This document shows positions 25,473 through 32,460 of a stretch of 32,460 nt of DNA, one piece after another. The notes under the pieces are model-generated. The model was given only the letters and a program-made list of their open reading frames with translations, did no database searches and had not been told where the DNA came from. The stretch lies in the NCBI GenBank assembly GCA_024626585.2, contig JANKJI020000002.1:29458051-29490510 (forward strand). The letters are read 5' to 3'. This DNA comes from Ginkgo biloba. Lineage: Eukaryota > Plantae > Ginkgophyta. A program made the position numbers and the translations under genes. Position 1 is the stretch's first letter, and each line of letters begins with the position of its first letter.

Positions 25473-26832
25473 GTTATAAAACCTCTATTAGTCAAGGTAT
25501 GAGAATTAGGAGTAGAGAAAATTAGATAAAATAAGGGGATAAAGGTTCCAAGTTCCTTTTTAATCTCTTAAACTATAATCAAGTCAAATTAAGAATAGAG
25601 TTAATCAAAGATGGTGACAAGGAACCATTGATGAAGAAGAGATGTTGTAATTGTTTAGAATGTTTTATGACAATATCTTTAAATTAGAAGGAAAGTCTAA
25701 AGCAAGAAAATTATTAAAAAATAACTTATTTTTTATAATTTATTGGCAAATATTTTTAACACATGAAATGAGTAATATAAACACCATAAGAGAATTTTTT
25801 AGTCAAATGAATATTTCTTTGATAATTTNNNNNNNNNNNNNNNNNNNNNNNNNNNNNNAATAACCTAAGATTTTTCCATTAAAATTTTAAAAAATAGGTG
25901 AATATTTTATAAGAATTTTGCCTTTTAGTGAATCTATTTTTTGTAAAATTTAGAAACAAATAGTGAATTACCAATATATAAACCATAAGATTTTCTCTAG
26001 TCTACAAGAAGAGAAGAAACCATGTTAAAATGCATGGAAGTAATACCCTAAAGATGCAAAAGGATCCAAAGAGTAAAGATGGATAAACCTGTGGCTATTT
26101 AAAATCTTTATGATGTTGGAAGAGATATGAAGAATGATAAATCTACAAGGATGGATGGCTTACCAGTTGATTTAAGAGAAGAATTTTGAGAGTTAGTTAG
26201 AGGAGATCTCCTACAAGTATATAAGGAATCATTAAATTTGGGTAACATGGTTGAATCATTAATTTTATTTCTAAGAAGGGGGATAGAAAATTGGTGTCAA
26301 ACTAAAGACCCATTACTCTATTATATGTGGAATAAAAAATCTTAGTGAAATATCTAGCTAAAAGAATATCGATAGTCCTAAATAAGGTTTTCTCTAAAGA
26401 ACAAATTAGTTTCATAAAAGGAATGTATATAATAAAGAATATGATAAATGCTTGAGAAGGTATGGAGTGGGATGAGAGATAATATCAAAAATTTATTATG
26501 ATCTTAATTGATTTTTAAAAATCATATCATAGAGTATAATGGAATTTTATTAACTTTATATTGAGATATATAGGATTTAGGGATAGATTTAGCATATTTA
26601 TATAGATGGTACTTAACAACACCTCGGTAAGAGATTGTGTAAATAGAAAAATATTTGATGGAATCTTTTGACAAAGATCGATTAGACAAGGTTGCTCTCT
26701 ATCTCCCAGCCTCTTCATTCTTGCAGCGGAGTCCCTTAATAGATTCCTAAACTTCCTTAAGCAAAAAGGAGCCTTACTGTCCCCAAATGCCCCAAGAATA
26801 ACCCACCTTCAGTTTGTGGATGACGTCCTCCT
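25473..26832 (+). mobile_element. LINE (L1-clade) ORF2 reverse transcriptase remnant, interrupted by an AT-rich insert at about 25710-26000
   Basis: IRSREN..GDKGSKFLF, KSTRMDGLP, N*RPITLL..KILVKYLAKR, EQISFIKG, LIDF*KSYHRV*W, RSIRQGCSLSPSLFILAAESL, LQFVDDVL (near 26815). Confidence 0.92.
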
Positions 26833-29737
26833 NNNNNNNNNNNNNNNNNNNNNNNNNNNNNNNNNNNNNNNNNNNNNNNNNNNNNNNNNNNNNNNNNNNN
26901 NNNNNNNNNNNNNNNNNNNNNNNNNNNNNNNNCCACAACAATGCCTACGGGCAATCCACCTCTCACAAGAGATAGCCAATGCACTAAGAAAATATAGGAT
27001 GTGATAAGTGGACAACAGGACTCAAGAAATCATTTGGGAATATGGTAGGTAGGTTTTAGGAGTTATATTTGTAGGCATACCATTTTTCAATCAACAAATT
27101 CTTTCACAAGGATAGTCTGCTTGAATTCAAACAAGGCATATTTAACTCAACATGCAAGGAAAGTTTGAGAAAAGATCTCTACCTGAACTTTGCTTCTCCT
27201 TTAAGATGAAGTGATTTTTTATTTCCCATCTTCTCATCTCCATTTTGAAATTTCCTCAACCTTAATTGTATATGCTTCCTTGGCCCATTTGAATGTTGCA
27301 TCCACATTTCTCTTTTTCAAGTGAAGGATGGATAAAGTGCATTGACATTGGCCTCCCCAGCGTCTTTACATAAAAACAATATAAACTTAAACTTATTTTT
27401 TGACATCCTACTCTGACAAATGTCAAGTGAGGTTAATGAGAATACCATCTTCTTCTACTTCTTCTCTCCTTCATGGAATCTCACTTTGAAAATGATTTTG
27501 CTAGTTATTATGCATGTTGTGCCAACTAGGATGTAAAGGAAAACCTTGGGTTATGTCACCCTCATTTTTATCTTTTGAATCAAATTTGTGTCACATATTG
27601 TACACACAGATAACCATCAAATAAAACTTCCATTGTTTCTTCATTTCATGTCCATCAAATGGCCTTCATATCCTACCCCCTGTACAAAGAAATTATGTGC
27701 TTATTATGGTCATTTTTGTGTCTCCATTGAATTCTAAATCATCGCAAGCCACAAAAAATGGAACCCTTTTGTGGGTGTTTCAAGCACCAAGCATGTATAC
27801 TCATACAAAGGAGTCTTAGGTCCTTGCAAATATTTTCAGTCGAGATGAGGGTTATAGGGAAGAATCAAGTCCAAAGGTCAAAGCTCTAGGCAATGTGAAT
27901 TTGGATAAAATTTTGGCATCTCAAATAACTTCATTAAGCAAAGACGAAAGCGTTTCAAATTGCATGGAGTCCATGGAATAAATTGATGAATATTTAGAGG
28001 GAGAGGACCGAGATGAGTCCCAAGTACCACCATAGTTGATTCGGGAGAGGTAGGTAGAATGCCACTAAAGTCCACAGTCGAATTTCATTTCATAGACAAA
28101 TCCTATTCTTCAAAGTCGTAGAGCTNNNNNNNNNNNNNNNNNNNNNNNNNNNNNNNNNNNNNNNNNNNNNNNNNNNNNNNNNNNNNNNNNNNNNNNNNNN
28201 NNNNNNNNNNNNNNNNNNNNNNNNNTTTTCCACGTAATTATGTTCTTATGGAAAATGTGTTGCAAAAATAAGGCAGCATATAGTCAAACTACCTTTGTTG
28301 TTGGGTGAATGAAAAGGGTGTTTATCACACTTCATGCTAGTGGGGCACATTAAAGAATAATGATGCACACCAAGAGATAATGGCCACAGCAAAAAATGTT
28401 GTGAAATACTTGTAACACTGATGGGAAGTGATAATTCATATTGACATGTAAGCTATGAAACAAGTGTCAACATGTAACTAATTGCACAGTGTGCCACCAC
28501 ATGAATTATTGTATTTTAGAAATATTCCAAATAAGAAAAGAACAATAGAGGAAAGTGTTACTCATCTGAAATATCAAGAAACAGGGGCGTTTAAATAATT
28601 GACAAAAGTTGAAATATCTATCAAAATAATTACAAAAAGTTAAAGAATGTTTTAAAAGGACACAAATATTTGAAAAGAGAGCATAAAATGTAGAAAAATT
28701 GAGTTAAATCCAAAACAAGTAAAATAATTCTACTAGTGATGGTATTTGATAGGAAGATCTGAGCCTTAGAACAGCTACAAAAAGAGGGTACCTCTAGTGA
28801 TTTTGGCATAGATAGATTAATAGATAGTTTGGTAGATTAAAGAGTATAGTCTTGATGCCTCTCTTTTAAGCTGCATGGGACAAAGTTTGTTCTATTATTC
28901 ACCTATAATAAATGCATTTAATTTATCCTTCTTAATCTAAATAGCATGGTGTATATCCCCTCCATGATTCTTAAACTAAAAATGCACTCTAACATAATTT
29001 CAAGTAACACAATCAACAAAACCTTAAAAATTCCTTCTATTTTGCTAAACCAAATTGGCTGTGGAATGAAATTATTATTCTCAATATCAGCAAAATATGT
29101 TCACAATGTATATATTCAACTTCAAAGGGCTAACAATTCATATGTCCATGCAAGACTATTGAATTGTTGGGCTCTGGACTGTGTAAGACTCTCAAAATGC
29201 AGAGCTGAATTCCAAACTACATTGGAATAAAGTCAAGCTTTCAGAGATCCAAAAGTGAAACCCCATCCTTGAGAAATGCAGCAATACCATGGTCACATTG
29301 GCGAGAAAACATGTATTATTCGCATTGTATTTTCAGATGACTGATTGAAGAAATTTACCTCTGCAAAAGAAAAAGAATTTGGTCTGAATCTGACAAATGC
29401 AGAAATGCACAATTACAGCTCATAAGTTCTTCAACACTTAAAAGAAAATTCTACTGACCGGTATCAGAAAATACTGTTGGAAAAGTCATGTTTTACAGCA
29501 CTTACCGAAAGAAAAAAAAAATATGACAATGTGAACACTGGGTCCACACAACCACTGCTTGAGAGAGAGAAAAACATGAAGGACCATAGTCCTTACTTAT
29601 TCAGCTCTTCATGAACATAACAGCAAGATAAATTAATTAAGGCAATTACTATAGTACTTATCTTTATGGTGATTACATGTCATAAATTATCAAGCTAGTG
29701 AATCCATGAGTTATGGAAACCTAAAGGAGCAGGAAAC

Positions 29738-30105
29738 TCAGTCTTCTAAGTCGTATATAGCATATTCTTGCATCACGGATGTGCAAACAACAAGGATCTC
29801 AATAGATTTGAAGTTAAAAATCCCTATGGCCCTCTCACAAGAGACAACACCATTATTACAAGAAGTAGGACTGCTTATTGCCTTTGCCTCACATTTTTCA
29901 TGAGAATGATCACCATTCATAGGGATGCTAAAATATCCTTGGAAATTTGTTGTTCCCTTGGTGTAATAAAGATGCTTTCCAACATGATGCTTGCATTGCA
30001 CAACCACCTTGGCACCTTGAATGGGCTTTGAAACTCTGGTCACAAACCTATCATTGCATGTATCACAAAAGATCTGTGATGCAACAGTGTACTCAATTTG
30101 CTCAT
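29738..30105 (-). pseudogene. Processed (intronless), 5'-truncated pollen Ole e 1-family copy
   Basis: EYTVASQIFCDTC..TRVSKPIQG|AKVVVQCK..CEAKAISSPTSC^NNGVVS..CTSVMQEY. The exon1-exon2 junction is fused at 30016/30015. No signal peptide or ATG (in-frame TGA just upstream). 45-nt internal deletion. Confidence 0.88.
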
Positions 30106-30408
30106 TTTTTTTCTTTCAACATCTCCTTCTCATTGGCAGCTTTTCTTCTCACAACTTGTTGTTCTCATATCAACAACAACTGCTTCTCCTTTTTTTAATT
30201 TTATTGTTCCTTATTTCTAGACTTCTCTCTATCTTCCTCTTGGCAATTCTTCAGTTGTCTCTTATAACTCTTTCTTCTAATATTGCTCTCTTCGCAGTAA
30301 CAGTGATTNNNNNNNNNNNNNNNNNNNNNNNNNNNNNNNNNNNNNNNNNNNNNNNNNNNNNNNNNNNNNNNNNNNNNNNNNNNNNNNNNNNNNNNNNNNN
30401 NNNNNNNN

Positions 30409-30631
30409 CTAGAGACAACACCATTGTTGCTGGTGAGGAAGACAGGGCCAATGTTTGTGTACGACGGAATGTTGCAAGAAGTAGGACTGCTTATTGCCTT
30501 CGCCTCGCATTTCTCATGAGAATGATCACCATTCACAGGGATGTTGAAATATCCTTGGAAATCTGTCGTTCCCTCTGTGTAATAAAGCTGCTTTCCAGCA
30601 TGATCCTTGCACTGTACAGCCACCTTGGCAC
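30409..30631 (-). CDS. Pollen Ole e 1 allergen-family protein, exon 2 (3' end lost in gap)
   Basis: Acceptor ctttgcag|GT GCC AAG. Encodes GAKVAVQCKDHAG..EGTTDFQGYFNIPVNGDHSHEKCEAKAISSPTSCN..LTSNNGVVS. Confidence 0.92.
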
Positions 30632-30869
30632 CTGCAAAGGCCCTAATGTGAGATTTGGTTGCCAGATTGAAACAAGAGACAACAACATTGATACCATTGC
30701 TGCTATCATGCTATTGGTTTAGGTTTCCCTCTTTCAACTATAGGTAATCCTTCTGGACTCATGAAGTGGAGATGGAATCCTAAAGGGTCATCCATTCCTT
30801 GCAATTTTTATACATGATGGAATGTCAAGAATGCAGAGAAACAGAAAAGTAACTCCAGATTAGCATGAT

Positions 30870-31300
30870 TTGAAAGGAAACTAAACAGAAATCCAGGTGT
30901 TCAGTCATATTTGATTAGGCAGAGAAGAAGGCAAACAGACATAAGTGGAGGCTTCAAGAAAGGAAAACTTTGCACTTAGGACTAAAGAAATATTCAGATA
31001 ACAATTTAGGAGTAAATGAATAATGAAAAAATCTTGAATTTGCTCTAGATCTGGAGAGTCTAAAGAAAAGTCTCTCTAGCTCCACTAAAGGATAAGTAGA
31101 ATTCCAAGGATAATCAGATCTTTTAGACCTCATGTCCAAAGAACCAATTTAAATATTTTCGACCTCCATTAAGACCTAGAAAATGGTAAGTGAATCTCCA
31201 AGGGTAAGAAGATAATCTTCAGGTTGTACAAGATCCAAGACAAATCAGTAATAAAAGGGAGAGGAATGGCCACACTAAATGCACAAATAGATGAAGAGTC
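30870..31300 (-). mobile_element. Possible LINE 3' (zf-RVT-like) remnant within the Ole e 1 intron
   Basis: Minus strand SPKCKVFL (resembles PxKxKxFxW) followed by TEHLDFC (resembles ExxxHLFFxC). Highly degenerate. Confidence 0.35.
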
Positions 31301-31643
31301 CCAAATTGATGTTTACTATAAACCAAATAGACAGATCTCAACCACTGCTAATGAGTCATGATGTTAATAAATGGATTTAATAACACTACCAGTGAAGTGA
31401 ATGCTGTTTCTACTGGTTATTGCCTTAAAACGCCATCAACATAGGCCACCCCCCACCGCCCCCAAAAAAGAGGAAACCCTCCTCATCAAACTTAACACCA
31501 GGGAATAAACTAAAATCTACTATTTGAAATCACATCTTGAGAAGAATGAAAATGTAGCAGGCAAAATCATCCATGAAAAGAAAAATGCTGAAAAACCATT
31601 GAGATAAGAAGGCTGTAGAAGCCAATCTGAGTAAAATGCGTAC

Positions 31644-31797
31644 CCTGAATGGGCTTTGAAACTCTGGTGATGAACCCAACAGAACATGTATCACAGAATA
31701 CCTGTCCTGTAACAGTGTACTCATTCTCCTCACTTTGCCCAGTACCCAAAAACGCCATCAAACATATCAGACTTACCAATGCCTTCAAGTTGCCCAT
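31644..31797 (-). CDS. Pollen Ole e 1 allergen-family protein, exon 1 (signal peptide plus GxVxCDTC motif)
   Basis: MGNLKALVSLICLMAFLGTGQSEENEYTVTGQVFCDTCSVGFITRVSKPIQ(G). Donor CAGG|gtacgc. A phase-1 intron of 1012 nt (30632-31643) joins it in frame to exon 2. Confidence 0.93.
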
Positions 31798-32460
31798 TTT
31801 CACCTTCACTATCACTACCAGTAGATCCAGAAACTGCACCTCAAAGCTCACTAGGTGGCCACTGGAGACTTAAGTTTAAGCTGGAATGCACAGATTTAAG
31901 AAATGAGGGAGGCCCAGTCGAGATCAACCGGCTTCGATGCAGAATCAATACCGTTGGGATGTGGGGTTGCCAGCATGGAGCGATTGAATGTGACAATTTC
32001 GGATCTATGCTGAACCTTTCTATCGCTTTCCGTTATCATTCTTTTTATTTTTCTAAATAAAGCTTATGCTCTGACGTAAGACATGATTAGAGTCTCTTGT
32101 GACTCGTCAACCCGCAACCCTAACCCCGAGCGACCTTCACACACAAATTCCGCAGATACAAAAAACATTTATACAATTTGCATTAGGGGCACTTTGCACT
32201 AACCATAATTAAATAAGTTCTGTAGATTAAATAAAGACAAGATTTTTAAAATTGTTTTAAAAGTGGACATGTACTTTAAGAAATGATAAAATATTATTGA
32301 ATTTACAAAAATTTGTTTTGATTTATTCTTAAGAGAACTCTTTAACAAAATGTTGTGCGAAAGTTCAAAAATTGTTATTTCAACTGACTCTAAGAAGCAA
32401 CCCTTGGTGAAACATGTTATACTAAGGGCAAATTAAGCTCCTTTATAGTTTAGACTGGCA

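Noticed and set aside
27200-27860. Possible Mutator/FAR1-like transposase remnant on the minus strand (VGYEGHLM)
   Set aside because: Too degenerate to support by eye; it would need a translated HMM search.
29511-29521. A-run as the poly(A) tail of the retrocopy
   Set aside because: Wrong strand: a tail for a minus-strand copy would appear as a T-run on the plus strand.
30021-30722. Plus-strand 233-aa ORF, and similar ORFs at 4527, 5175, 22344, 22785 and 31649
   Set aside because: These are antisense shadows of real coding sequence, and some are inflated by N runs.
4299-31797. Functional cluster of PPR, F-box, MYG1 and Ole e 1 (e.g. a pollen or fertility locus)
   Set aside because: Each lies on a separate piece joined by 100-N gaps, the PPR may be chimeric, and nothing in the sequence links them functionally.
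32070-32110. TGACG / TGACTC bZIP-type motifs upstream of the Ole e 1 gene
   Set aside because: Short motifs expected by chance; there is no TSS evidence to anchor them.

Overview
Eukaryotic, AT-rich, CpG-depleted plant DNA. The repeat content and transposon-filled introns suggest a large gymnosperm-like genome (inference). The assembly is heavily fragmented: fourteen gaps are exactly 100 N, so adjacency across those gaps cannot be trusted. Most of the window is decayed retroelement sequence (several Ty3/gypsy remnants, LINE ORF1 and ORF2 remnants) and minisatellites. Host-gene content: an F-box/LRR-type gene whose N-terminus lies in a gap; a truncated PLS-class PPR fragment bracketed by an exact 21-nt repeat; one intact 120-nt MYG1 exon missed by the ORF track; and a two-exon pollen Ole e 1-family gene next to an intronless, signal-peptide-less processed copy. 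That copy has a 45-nt microhomology-bounded deletion and CG/CHG deamination damage. I found no convincing novel multi-gene system. The Ole e 1 gene/retrocopy pair, the PPR junction and a palindromic 85/96-bp minisatellite most deserve follow-up.
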